This document shows, piece after piece, positions 39,623-49,462 of a stretch of DNA of 64,000 bases. Source of the DNA: Candidatus Zixiibacteriota bacterium (GTDB lineage Bacteria > Zixibacteria > MSB-5A5 > DASWLN01); the NCBI GenBank assembly GCA_036396115.1, contig DASWLN010000168.1:72204-136203 (forward strand), written 5' to 3'. The position numbers were made by a program, and so were the translations under genes. Position 1 is the first letter of the stretch, and every line of letters starts with the position of its first letter. The notes under the pieces are model-generated. The model did no database searches and had not been told where the DNA came from. It saw nothing but the letters and a program-made list of their open reading frames with translations.

Positions 39623-40018
39623 TGATTTTATGTAGGACGGGATAAACCTGCCCCGATTTTTTTGCAGGCGACATTAGCCAATGTCGCCTGCATTTTTGCT
39701 TTTTGTAGTTGCCCAATTTATTGGGCGAATTTTCTGCAATGTATTCGCGCAGGGGTGGAGTTTACCTCCACCCCTATTGTTCAGGCGAAGACACGGTTCG
39801 GCAGGCTCACCATCTCTTCGAGCCTGAGCCTCAGAGCCGAAGGCCTGAGCTTGTGCTTCGACTTCGCTCAGCACCATGAGTTTATCGAATGGTCGAAGGA
39901 TCCCGCCCTTTGTTTTGCAGGCGACATTCCGGAATATCGCCTGCATTTCTAATTTTACCTTGTTATTTCAAAGAAAAAACATAATTTTAGACAGAGAAGT
40001 TCAAAATAGAAAGATACT
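39623..40018. repeat. Repeat mosaic bracketed by two GCAGGCGACATT...TCGCCTGC hairpins
   Basis: Hairpins at 39664-39691 and 39917-39944 are in direct orientation. Between them lie AGGGGTGGAG/CTCCACCCCT and GTTCG/GTCGAAGG-family units. Confidence 0.6.
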
Positions 40019-41005
40019 ATGCGAAAACCCAAAATCGGCATAACTATGGGAGACCCGGCAGGAATTGGACCGGAGGTTTTGGTCAAAGCCCTCAAGTCGG
40101 CTGAAATAAACAAAAATTGTATCCCTGTAATTTTCGGCTCATACGAGATAATTTTGCAGGCAGCCCAAAAATATGCCAAGAATTTAAAAATAACAAAACT
40201 TGAATCATTAGACCAAATCGAAGAATCAAAAATCAATCTTTTTGATTGCACCAGCATAAATCCTAAACAAATAAAAACAGGAAAGATAAATTACGCTTCC
40301 GCCAAAATGGCAATTGATTCGGTTTTAGCTTGTGCAAAAGCTTGCAGGGATAGAAAGATAGATGCTATAGTTACTGCCCCTTTGTCCAAAAGGGGTCTGC
40401 GTTTAGCAGGATACGATTTTCCCGGACATACCGAGCTTTTGGCAAGTCTCACCAAATCGAAAAATTATGCTATGATGTTTGTTGGTGACAAACTCAAGGT
40501 TATTTTGGCAACCACTCACCTGCCATTATCCGAAGTTTCCAGACACTTATCTATTGGGCTCATCTTAAAGAAGATAAAATTGGCTGATTTTAGTCTGAAA
40601 TCGATATTCAAGAAGAAAAAGCCAAGAATCGGGGTTTGTGCTTTAAATCCACACGCTGGCGAAAATGGTATTTTTGGAAAAGAGGAAAGACAGATTATTG
40701 TCCCGGCAATAGATTTAGCTCGGAAAAAGAAAATTGAAGTTTTAGGTCCATATCCAGCTGATTCGATTTTTTCTCCTGAAATATCCGGAAAGTTCGACTG
40801 CGTTTTGGCCATGTACCACGACCAAGGTCTAATCCCGCTCAAGTTGTCAGGAATTGGTAATTCAGTTAATCTTACATTGGGACTTCCCTTTGTAAGAACC
40901 TCGCCGGATCACGGAACTGCTCTGGATATTGCCGGCAAGGGGATAGCAAATCCCAATGGAATGATTTTTGCAATTAAGCTTGCCATAGTTTTAAGACGAA
41001 TTTGA
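40019..41005 (+). CDS. pdxA: 4-hydroxythreonine-4-phosphate dehydrogenase
   Basis: ITMGDPAGIGPE, GHTE, MYHDQG and RTSPDHGTA motifs. Confidence 0.9.
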   Translation: MRKPKIGITMGDPAGIGPEVLVKALKSAEINKNCIPVIFGSYEIILQAAQKYAKNLKITKLESLDQIEESKINLFDCTSINPKQIKTGKINYASAKMAIDSVLACAKACRDRKIDAIVTAPLSKRGLRLAGYDFPGHTELLASLTKSKNYAMMFVGDKLKVILATTHLPLSEVSRHLSIGLILKKIKLADFSLKSIFKKKKPRIGVCALNPHAGENGIFGKEERQIIVPAIDLARKKKIEVLGPYPADSIFSPEISGKFDCVLAMYHDQGLIPLKLSGIGNSVNLTLGLPFVRTSPDHGTALDIAGKGIANPNGMIFAIKLAIVLRRI

Positions 41006-41049
41006 TTTTTGGCAGCAGAACTTGTTTGCCATAAAGAAAAAACATTTTT

Positions 41050-41090
41050 GTAGGGACAGGTCGCGACCTGTCCCTACTTTATGATTTTCG
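41050..41090 (+). terminator. Probable intrinsic terminator after pdxA
   Basis: Perfect palindrome GTAGGGACAGGTCGCGACCTGTCCCTAC followed by TTTATGATTTT. Confidence 0.5.
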
Positions 41091-41202
41091 ACATATTACC
41101 CTATTAAATTTCGCTTGACCTTCAAGGCAAAAAAAGTAATTTAGATTAAGTCGAGAGTCCCCACCTGTTAAGTTGGAGATTAAAGCGTTTGTGAGTTCTT
41201 GT

Positions 41203-41320
41203 GTCATTCCTGTCCCGCCAAAGGCGGGATGAACTCCAGCAGAGCCTGTCCCGTACTGGATACGGGAAATCCAGAGGAAAAAAGCCAATATGGATCCCCA
41301 ATTAAACCCTCGGGGATGAC
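41203..41320 (+). repeat. Closed multi-hairpin module, GTCATTCC...GGGGATGAC family (expanded copy)
   Basis: Same termini as 30304-30377, with extra internal hairpins TCCCGCC/GGCGGGA and GTCCCGTA/TACGGGA. Confidence 0.65.
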
Positions 41321-41537
41321 AAAACAAGACCCGTGGGGAACTGTGAAAGCACCACGCTTGTCCTTCAACATGCTCAGGATCGTGACAGTTCGACTTCCCT
41401 CACTGTCCCTGTCTTCGACTCCGAGGTCACTTCCTTCGACAGTGAGCTCAGGACAGTCGAACTGCAGACTCGAGGAGAGCAAGGTCGAAGCATAGAGGCG
41501 TGGGTATCTACGAATAGTACAAGCTAAAGGAGCTGCT

Positions 41538-42188
41538 TTGCTTAAGGTTACAGGGCTCAGCAAGATATACGATAAGGATATTGCGGTTCTGGAGGATATA
41601 ACCTTTGAAGTCAAGAGAGGTGAGTTTGTAGTCATCCTCGGACCATCCGGAGCTGGTAAGACCACTATTTTCAGGCATATTTGGCTGGAGGAACTTCCCA
41701 CTAAAGGGGAGATAGAATTTGAAAAACTAAAAAGTTCAAGCATAAGAAAATCTCAAATCCCTTTCTGGAGAAAGCGGATGGGAATTGTTTTTCAGGATTT
41801 GAAGCTTTTAAATGACAGGGATGTTTTTGAGAATGTGGCTTTGCCCTTGAGAATAAAGGGTAAAAGAGAAAAAGAGATAACCAAAAAGACAATAGATATC
41901 TTAAATCAGCTTGGCCTCTTAGTTCATCGAAGCTCATATCCTTTTGAATTATCTGCTGGAGAGAAACAGAGATTGGCTTTAGCCCGTGCTATGGTGGCAG
42001 AGCCTTTAATCATTCTGGCGGATGAGCCAACTGTACATTTGGATGCAGAGTCCGCAAGTGGAATCATCAGCTTACTAAGAGATGCCAATCTGGGTGGCAC
42101 CACCATACTAATGGCCACCAATCAAAGGGGCCTTTTGGGCTCTTTCGCCCACCGGGTAATTGGTTTAGAAAAAGGGAGGATAGTTTGA
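41538..42188 (+). CDS. ftsE: Cell division ABC transporter ATP-binding protein
   Basis: Walker A GPSGAGKTT and signature LSAGEKQR. Followed by ftsX. TTG start. Confidence 0.85.
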   Translation: MLKVTGLSKIYDKDIAVLEDITFEVKRGEFVVILGPSGAGKTTIFRHIWLEELPTKGEIEFEKLKSSSIRKSQIPFWRKRMGIVFQDLKLLNDRDVFENVALPLRIKGKREKEITKKTIDILNQLGLLVHRSSYPFELSAGEKQRLALARAMVAEPLIILADEPTVHLDAESASGIISLLRDANLGGTTILMATNQRGLLGSFAHRVIGLEKGRIV

Positions 42189-43033
42189 GTTATCGTTATT
42201 CTTTCAGGGAGATGGGGCTTAGCTTCCTAAGACAGCCAATAACTTTCCTGGGTTCAGTTATTACCCTGGCTTTGTCCCTTTTAGTGTTTAATACTTTTCT
42301 GTTGGTCACTTTGAGTCTGAAAAACGTGACAGAGGAGTTTAAAAGTAAAATGGGAATAGAGGTCTATTTGAGAGATGATTTGAAAAAAGAGGAGATATCC
42401 GCCTTTTACAATAAGCTTATGGGAATGCCTGAGATTGAGGAGGTAACTTTCAAATCCAAGGATGAAGCCTTAAAGGAGATGAAGAAATTCTTTAAGCCGG
42501 AGCTTCTGGAAGGTTTGAAAACGAACCCTTTGCCCGCCTCCTTCTTGATTAAATTAAAAAAGCCATACCAGGGTTTCGCTGATATGGAGAAGGTCTCTTC
42601 AAAGATAAAAGAGTTTGGAGGGGTAGAGGATGTGGAATACGGTGGGGAATGGGTCAAAAAAATAGACCAAGCCATTTTTGTTTTTCTCCTCATTGATATA
42701 TTCTTTGGTTTGCTCATCGCCATACTGGTGATGATGATTATAGCCGGAAATGTCAGAAATATGATTAACTCCAGAGTGGAGGCGATAAGCACAATCAAGC
42801 TTTTAGGAGGAAATCGGGCTTTCATCAGCCGTCCCTTCTTTTTGCAGGGGTTGATCGAAGGTGGCTTAGCAGGGATAATCAGCCTGGGACTGCTCTATTT
42901 GGTCTACAGGATTTTCGTATCTAATCTTTTCAAAGTAGAATTTCTGCCCCTGGATCTGGCTTTATCAATTGTTCTTTCCGCCATCCTCTTAGGAGGGGTG
43001 GGCAGCTTGCTTGCGCTTAGCAAACATATCTGA
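42185..43033 (+). CDS. ftsX: Cell division ABC transporter permease
   Basis: Four-TM FtsX topology with a periplasmic loop after TM1. Overlaps the ftsE stop. Confidence 0.85.
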   Translation: MSYRYSFREMGLSFLRQPITFLGSVITLALSLLVFNTFLLVTLSLKNVTEEFKSKMGIEVYLRDDLKKEEISAFYNKLMGMPEIEEVTFKSKDEALKEMKKFFKPELLEGLKTNPLPASFLIKLKKPYQGFADMEKVSSKIKEFGGVEDVEYGGEWVKKIDQAIFVFLLIDIFFGLLIAILVMMIIAGNVRNMINSRVEAISTIKLLGGNRAFISRPFFLQGLIEGGLAGIISLGLLYLVYRIFVSNLFKVEFLPLDLALSIVLSAILLGGVGSLLALSKHI

Positions 43034-43053
43034 TTCAAATATTGCTTCGCCAA

Positions 43054-43270
43054 CTATAGCAAACGCATTAATTACTATTACATGGTAGGCAATGTGCAAT
43101 TATTTCAAAATCCCCCTTATTCCCCCTTTTTCAAAGGGGGAGATGCCTTTTTCTCCTCTTTGGAAAAGAGGCCCGCTTCGCCCGTCTCGCCGATGGCTCG
43201 CCGAGGCGGGCCGAATCGAGGCGAGGGTTAGGGGAGATTTGATTGAACTCGAATAAATGCGTTTGTATTA
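43054..43270 (+). repeat. MITE-like TIR element, copy D (subfamily 1, carries the 56-nt GC-rich module)
   Basis: CTATAGCAAACGCATT ... AATGCGTTTGTATTA. The nested module at 43172-43227 is the reverse complement of 5588-5643. Confidence 0.8.
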
Positions 43271-43421
43271 ATTAGGAATTGGATGTTTGTTATATATTTT
43301 ACAGTTTCTACACGAATTCCGTGTCTTGAGAAATAACCTTGACCCATCTTGCCTGCCCGGCCAGGGATGGGCTTACCGATTAACATATTATGCGACCTCT
43401 ATTTAGTGGACAAAACAAAAT

Positions 43422-44582
43422 ATGAAGTCAAAACGCCTTTTTGTTTTCTTGTTTTTATTGCTCCTTTTTTCATTTCCACAAGCTCAAGCCCAAAAAGGTG
43501 AAGCCGGTGCAAAAAAACAACAGGAGGAGCTTAACAACATAAGAAAAGAGCTGGAATATAAGAGGAAAAAACTTAAGGAGCTAAAAAACAAGGAGGGAGC
43601 AGCTCTGACTGAACTGCAAAATCTCCAAGAGGAGCTGGAGCTGATGGAGCAGTTGATTAAAAAACTGGATACAAGACTGGGCAATGTGAAAATAGAGCTC
43701 AAGAGGGAAAACCAAGAATTAGATTCGATTCGAGTGGATTTAGAGAAGAGAAGGAAGCTTTTGGCTGGACGCATAAGAGGAATATATAAATTCTGGCGGT
43801 TTTATCAGTATGAGGCGATACTGGGAAGCAGTTCAGTAGCTGACCTTCTCGGCCGGCTGAAGTATCTACAGTTAATAGCTAAGCAGGACAATGAACTCAT
43901 AGATGGGTTTCTAAAGGACAAAGAGAAATTGGAGAAAAGCAAGAAAAACTCAGAAGCCAAGAAAAATGAACTTTACGGCCTCAAAAAAGAAAAGGAAGAT
44001 GAAGAGAAGAGTCGAACCCTGGAGAAACAAAAGAAAGAGAAAGTCTTAAATAAGATAAAAAGCGAGAAGAAAGCTTACCTTCAGGCAGTAAAAGAGCTCG
44101 AGGGAAGCGCCAGAAAAATAGAAGCATTTCTCACAAAATACGAAGAGGAGAGGAAAAAAGAGGAATCAGAACAGGACCTGTTCAAACTCCTGAAAGGGAG
44201 ACTGGATTGGCCGGTTAAAGGAGAGGTGATTTCCAATTTCGGGGAACAGGTGCACCCGGTCTTCAAGACTGTAACCTTCAATCAAGGCATAGACATACAA
44301 GCTAACCCGGGCACAGAAGTCAAGGCAGTGGAAGAAGGTAAAGTTATATACTCTTCTTATTTGAGAGGTCGGGGGGAATTTTTAATCTTACAGCATGAAT
44401 ATGGCTATTACACCATATATGCGGATTTAGGAGATGTCTTAGTGGATGAAGGAGAAGAAGTAATCAAGGGGCAGACAATTGCTCGAGTAGGTGAACTTAG
44501 TCTTTTTTCAAGTTTCGGCTTGCACTTTGAACTGAGAAAGGGGAAGAAACAACTCGACCCTTTGGAGTGGCTTAAAGAATGA
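43422..44582 (+). CDS. Coiled-coil M23 peptidase-domain protein (EnvC-like murein hydrolase activator)
   Basis: Signal peptide, long Lys/Glu-rich coiled coil, C-terminal M23/LytM domain (GIDIQANPGTEV). Context is ftsEX. Confidence 0.8.
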   Translation: MKSKRLFVFLFLLLLFSFPQAQAQKGEAGAKKQQEELNNIRKELEYKRKKLKELKNKEGAALTELQNLQEELELMEQLIKKLDTRLGNVKIELKRENQELDSIRVDLEKRRKLLAGRIRGIYKFWRFYQYEAILGSSSVADLLGRLKYLQLIAKQDNELIDGFLKDKEKLEKSKKNSEAKKNELYGLKKEKEDEEKSRTLEKQKKEKVLNKIKSEKKAYLQAVKELEGSARKIEAFLTKYEEERKKEESEQDLFKLLKGRLDWPVKGEVISNFGEQVHPVFKTVTFNQGIDIQANPGTEVKAVEEGKVIYSSYLRGRGEFLILQHEYGYYTIYADLGDVLVDEGEEVIKGQTIARVGELSLFSSFGLHFELRKGKKQLDPLEWLKE

Positions 44583-45673
44583 CCTTCTCGAAAGTGATTG
44601 GACAGGATTTGGTCAAGCAGGTTTTGAATAGAGCTTTGGAAAGGGATAAGTTAGCTGGTAGCTATCTTTTCTTTGGACCAGAGGGTGTGGGTAAATGGGC
44701 AACTGCCCTAGAGGTCGCCAAACGTTTGAATTGCCAAAAGGGGAATTTGGGTCCTTGCGGGAATTGTGCCAGCTGTAAAAAGATAACCAGGTTATCCCAT
44801 GCGGATATTACCCTCTTGTTTCCTCTGCCTGCGGTGAAAAAGGAGGAGGAAAAAGGAAAATTCAGGGAAGAGTTCAAAAATGAAAAGATAGAAGAGCCCT
44901 ATTCTATTATGTGTTTTGACAAGCCGAGCAACATAGCAGTTGAAGAGATAAGAGAGATGCAAAGGGAGTTGAGCCTAAAGCCCTATGAAGCCAAGAGAAG
45001 AGTGGTGATAGTCTATCAGGCGGAGAAAATGGCAGTGGCTGGAGGAAATTCCCTTCTGAAAAGTCTGGAGGAACCACCTTTGGATGCGGTCTTGATTCTG
45101 ACTTCTTCCGAGCCGAGCAAACTGTTGCCCACCATACTGTCGCGTTGTCAAAAGATAAGGTTTTCGCCTTTAGCGGATGCCTTGATAGAGGATTACTTGA
45201 TTACCAACTATAAGCTCAGTAGCCAGCAGGCACGTTTTTGCTCCAAGCTCTCCAGGGGAAGCTTGGGTAAAGCCCTGAGTCTTATGGATAGTGAGCGTAG
45301 CGAGATCAGGGAAGATGGCGTGAATTTGCTGCGTTGCGCTCTAAAGGAGGAGCTGGTTTCTTCAGTAGAATTAGTTGGTGGGCTTCTAAGGAAATGGGAT
45401 AGGGATTCGATCTTAGAGATGTTTGATTTTTTGTTCACCTTTTTGAGAGACATTTACTTATATTTAGAAGAGGAGGGAGATGATGATTTGCTCAACCTGG
45501 ATCTCAAGGAGGAGATAATCAAGCTGGCAGGTATCTTAAAAGAAGGAGAGTTGGTTGAGGAGGGGATGGGTTTGATAAACCGGACCAAAGAAGATTGCAT
45601 AAAAAGGAACGCCAATTTAGAGCTTTCCCTTTTGGCTTTGGTTTTGAGTTGGAGGAGCTACATAAGGAGGTAG
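44579..45673 (+). CDS. holB: DNA polymerase III delta-prime subunit
   Basis: GPEGVGK P-loop-like motif, C..C..C..C zinc module, SRCQ motif. Confidence 0.8.
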   Translation: MTFSKVIGQDLVKQVLNRALERDKLAGSYLFFGPEGVGKWATALEVAKRLNCQKGNLGPCGNCASCKKITRLSHADITLLFPLPAVKKEEEKGKFREEFKNEKIEEPYSIMCFDKPSNIAVEEIREMQRELSLKPYEAKRRVVIVYQAEKMAVAGGNSLLKSLEEPPLDAVLILTSSEPSKLLPTILSRCQKIRFSPLADALIEDYLITNYKLSSQQARFCSKLSRGSLGKALSLMDSERSEIREDGVNLLRCALKEELVSSVELVGGLLRKWDRDSILEMFDFLFTFLRDIYLYLEEEGDDDLLNLDLKEEIIKLAGILKEGELVEEGMGLINRTKEDCIKRNANLELSLLALVLSWRSYIRR

Positions 45674-45675
45674 TT

Positions 45676-46524
45676 GTGTCGGAAGTTTACTTAGTTCAGT
45701 TTAAGGGATCACGAAAAGGATACTACTATAATCCAAACTATCTGAATCTCAAGTTAGAGGATTACGTTATTGTGCAAGTGGAAAGGGGTGAGGATATGGG
45801 GAGGGTAGTTAAGAAAAGCAGCGAAGAGCTCATATTAAATGAAGAGAAGAAGCCATCCAACATCCTGCATAAAGCCACCCCGGATGACATTGAAAGGCTA
45901 AAGGCTAATCGAGAGAAGGAAGAGGAAGCGCTGAAAGAGTGCGAGAGGATGATCGGGGCGCGCAACTTGGAGATGAAATTAGTGGACGCCGAGTTCCAGT
46001 TCGACTGCAACAAGATAACCTTCTATTTCACCGCAGACAAGAGAATCGATTTCCGTGAATTAGTCAAGGAGTTGGCTTCAGTCTACAAGACGCGCATAGA
46101 GTTAAGGCAGATTGGAGTAAGGGATGAAGCAAGGTGGATTGGGGGTTATGGATGCTGCGGTTTAAAGGTATGTTGCTCCACCTTCATAAAGGGTTTTGAG
46201 CCGATATCAACCCAATTAGCCAAAGAGCAGAATCTCTCCTTAAATCCTGCTAAGATATCCGGAAACTGCGGAAGACTTTTGTGTTGTCTTTTGTATGAGA
46301 AGGATTTTTATCATGAGGCATTCTCCTCCTACCCTAAGGTCGGCTCCAAATATCAGACGGATAAAGAAGAAGGGATAGTTGATAACGTTAACCCCCTTGG
46401 CGGGTATATCGTGGTGAGGCACCAGGATGAGACCGAAGAGAAGGTCAGTTTGTTGGATATAAGAAAAGGACAGAAGAAGAAACACCTCCCCCGCGGAACC
46501 AAACAGAAAAGCGAAGTTGGTTGA
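45676..46524 (+). CDS. PSP1-domain protein (RicT/YaaT-like)
   Basis: PSP1 C-terminal domain with Cys cluster (GGYGCCGLKVCC...GNCGRLLCC). GTG start 5 nt after AAGGAGG. Confidence 0.8.
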   Translation: MSEVYLVQFKGSRKGYYYNPNYLNLKLEDYVIVQVERGEDMGRVVKKSSEELILNEEKKPSNILHKATPDDIERLKANREKEEEALKECERMIGARNLEMKLVDAEFQFDCNKITFYFTADKRIDFRELVKELASVYKTRIELRQIGVRDEARWIGGYGCCGLKVCCSTFIKGFEPISTQLAKEQNLSLNPAKISGNCGRLLCCLLYEKDFYHEAFSSYPKVGSKYQTDKEEGIVDNVNPLGGYIVVRHQDETEEKVSLLDIRKGQKKKHLPRGTKQKSEVG

Positions 46525-46593
46525 AGAATCTATTTTTCAGACCAAATTTGCCTTGGCAGTTATTATCCTGAGCTGGTTTTAAGGGTCTCAAGA

Positions 46594-46677
46594 GATGCTG
46601 AAACGAGTTCAGCATGACAAGAAGGAAGAGATGCTGAAACAAGCCTGTCCTGGCGTCAGGCCACGGTTCAGCATGAC
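46594..46677 (+). repeat. Two GATGCTGAA...TTCAGCATGAC hairpin units, the second with a nested insert
   Basis: Unit 1 is 46594-46618 (25 nt). Unit 2 is 46629-46677 with the same stem and GCCTG...CAGGC nested in its loop. Confidence 0.65.
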
Positions 46678-46779
46678 ATATCGGGACCCTGCAGGAATAA
46701 GGGTATCTGAAAACCCGAATCAAATAAGGGTTTTTTGATTTTGTGAAAGGCACGGATTTATATAAAAAAAGGAGAGAAA

Positions 46780-48687
46780 TTGGATAAGAGATACCTCATA
46801 ACCACTCCTATTTATTATGTGAATGACCAACCACACATTGGGCATGCCTACACTACTATTGCGGCTGATGTTCTGGCTCGGTTTCACAGAATCAATCAAG
46901 AGGAGGTTTTCTTTCTAACCGGTACAGATGAGCACGGCTCAAAAGTGGCTGAGACTGCCAAACGGGCCGGCAAAACCCCTCAGGAGTTGTGCGACATTAA
47001 TCATAAATTCTTTGTCCAGGCCTGGAAGAACCTTGATATTGCTTATGACTACTTCGTGAGGACCACTGACCACAGACATGAAAAGGCAGTTTGGGCCCTC
47101 CTCGAAAAAATGAAGAACTCAAAGACACCAGATAAAAAAGAGGTAATCTATCCTGGTCAATATGAGGGTTTATATTGTGTTGGCTGCGAGAAATTCATCA
47201 CTGAAAAGGATTTACAAAATGGGATTTGTCCGGAGCATCCCAATATGAAGATAGAGAGATTATCCGAGAAGAATTACTTTTTCAGACTTTCCTCTTATTT
47301 AGGCAAACTTAAAGACCTTATTGGAGAGGATAAGATAAAGATACTGCCCGAGGAAAGAAAAAAGGAAACCCTGGGTTTGATAAAGCAGAAAATCGATGAC
47401 TTTTCCATATCCCGTGAAAAGGTTGCCTGGGGAGTGAGCTTACCCTTTGACCCGTCTCAAAAAGCTTATGTGTGGGTGGATGCCCTGCCCAATTACATCT
47501 CCGCCATAGGATATGGGGATAACCTGGAGGAGTTTAAAAAGTGGTGGAAAGAGGCAGTTGTGCTTCATCTCATCGGCAAAGATATCTTAAAGTTTCACGC
47601 CATCTATTGGCCAGCCATGCTTTTGTCTGTTGGTGAAAGGCCACCGGATACCATCTTCGCCCATGGGTATTTTACAGTAGACAACAGAAAAATGGGAAAA
47701 TCTTTGGGAAATGTAATTGACCCCAATTTCTTAGTGACAAGTTTCGGCAGCGATGCCGCGCGCTATCTTCTTTTGACCCAATTCCCCTTTGGTCAGGACG
47801 GGGATGTGCAGCTGAGCCGCTTTAATGAAAAGTACAATTCCGATTTAGCCAATGATCTGGGAAATTTGGTCAGTCGGGTTTTAAAAATGATACAGAATTA
47901 TTGTGATGGCAAAATTCCTTTGGCTTCGACTTACCAGGGAATAGACCGAAAGCTCATAGACCTTGCCACAGCCATTCCTTCCACGGTGATGGAGAACGTA
48001 AATGCTATCAATCTGAATGGCGCCATTGAACAGATAATGAACTTAGTGAAGGAAGCTAACCGCTATGTGGAAAGCCAATCACCCTGGAATTTAGCCAAAA
48101 GCGGCCAAAAGGAGAGGTTGGGAACTGTGCTTTATGTTTCTTCTGAAGTTTTGAGGATAATAAGTGCATTGTTCTATCCGGTGCTGCCGCAAAAAATCAC
48201 CGGTCTGAGAGCTCTTTTGGGATTTCCTAAAAATAAGCTAATTCCTAATATTAAAGAGGAAAGCAAATGGGGATTATTGAAAGCAGGCACCGAGATAAAA
48301 GAATTCGAGTCTCTTTTCCCTCGTATATTAGAGGAAAAGGCGCCAAAGGAGGAAGCTGGTGTGGAAGAGATAAATTTAGAGGAGTTCTCTAAAATAGATT
48401 TAAGGGTGGCTAATGTATTATCTGCGGAAAAAGTAAGCGGGGCGGACAAGCTTTTGAAACTGGAGATAAAGATAGGTGACCAGAAAAAGCAGATAGTAGC
48501 TGGAATCGCCCAATATTATTCACCCCAGGATTTAATAGGCCGAAAGATAGTGGTGGTAGCTAATCTTAAGCCCGCTAAAATCAGGGGGATTGAGTCGAAT
48601 GGTATGCTTCTGGCTGCCAAGGATGGCGAGTCTTTGGTCCTGGTGACCACAGATAAAGATATTAAAGATGGGGCAAAGATAAATTGA
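46780..48687 (+). CDS. metG: Methionyl-tRNA synthetase with a C-terminal tRNA-binding domain
   Basis: HIGHAY and KMGKS class I motifs, CxxC zinc knuckle, C-terminal EMAP/Trbp111-like domain. Confidence 0.95.
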   Translation: MDKRYLITTPIYYVNDQPHIGHAYTTIAADVLARFHRINQEEVFFLTGTDEHGSKVAETAKRAGKTPQELCDINHKFFVQAWKNLDIAYDYFVRTTDHRHEKAVWALLEKMKNSKTPDKKEVIYPGQYEGLYCVGCEKFITEKDLQNGICPEHPNMKIERLSEKNYFFRLSSYLGKLKDLIGEDKIKILPEERKKETLGLIKQKIDDFSISREKVAWGVSLPFDPSQKAYVWVDALPNYISAIGYGDNLEEFKKWWKEAVVLHLIGKDILKFHAIYWPAMLLSVGERPPDTIFAHGYFTVDNRKMGKSLGNVIDPNFLVTSFGSDAARYLLLTQFPFGQDGDVQLSRFNEKYNSDLANDLGNLVSRVLKMIQNYCDGKIPLASTYQGIDRKLIDLATAIPSTVMENVNAINLNGAIEQIMNLVKEANRYVESQSPWNLAKSGQKERLGTVLYVSSEVLRIISALFYPVLPQKITGLRALLGFPKNKLIPNIKEESKWGLLKAGTEIKEFESLFPRILEEKAPKEEAGVEEINLEEFSKIDLRVANVLSAEKVSGADKLLKLEIKIGDQKKQIVAGIAQYYSPQDLIGRKIVVVANLKPAKIRGIESNGMLLAAKDGESLVLVTTDKDIKDGAKIN

Positions 48688-48691
48688 AAAA

Positions 48692-49462
48692 ATGATTGAT
48701 ACTCACGCCCACCTTGATTCCCCTCAATTCGACAAAGACAGAGAGAAAGTAATTCAGGAAGCTAAATCCTGCGGAGTGGAAAGAATACTCAATGTAGGAG
48801 TGGACCAAGAAAGCAGCCAGAAATCTGTTGACTTAGCTCAAAGGTATCCCCAAATATATGCCACAGTTGGATTCCATCCCCACGATGCCAAGAAATTCAA
48901 TCAATCGAGTTTGGAAGAATTAAGGAGATTGGCACAACACCAGAAAGTTGTTGCCTTAGGTGAGATGGGGTTGGATTTTTATCGCAATCTCTCTCCAGCT
49001 GAAATACAAAAAAGTGTTTTTATCTCTCAATTGGAATTGGCTGGAGAGCTGGATATGCCGGTGGTGGTGCACATTCGCAATGCTTATCCACAAAGTCTGG
49101 ATATTTTGGAACAAAGAAAAAGTGTCAAAGGGGTATTGCATTGTTTTGAAGGAGATATTCAAGAAGCTAAAAGAGGACTGGATTTGGGATTTTACATCTC
49201 CTTTAATGGAAGAATAACCTATCACAACCCTTCCTTGATTGATTTGGTCAAAAAACTTCCCTTAGATAGAATATTAGTTGAGACTGACAGCCCCTATCTC
49301 CCACCTCATCCTCATAAAGGGCAGAGAAACCAACCTGCCTGGGTGGAGTTGGTCATAAGAGAGATTGCCCAAATCAAGGGCAAATTGGTTTTTGAAGAAC
49401 TTGAGAAAATCACTACTATAAATGCTTGTAACCTCTTTGGTTGGAAACAAGATGAGGAGTAA
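48692..49462 (+). CDS. tatD: TatD-family metal-dependent hydrolase
   Basis: IDTHAHL start, GEMGLD, and ETDSPYL motifs. Confidence 0.85.
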   Translation: MIDTHAHLDSPQFDKDREKVIQEAKSCGVERILNVGVDQESSQKSVDLAQRYPQIYATVGFHPHDAKKFNQSSLEELRRLAQHQKVVALGEMGLDFYRNLSPAEIQKSVFISQLELAGELDMPVVVHIRNAYPQSLDILEQRKSVKGVLHCFEGDIQEAKRGLDLGFYISFNGRITYHNPSLIDLVKKLPLDRILVETDSPYLPPHPHKGQRNQPAWVELVIREIAQIKGKLVFEELEKITTINACNLFGWKQDEE

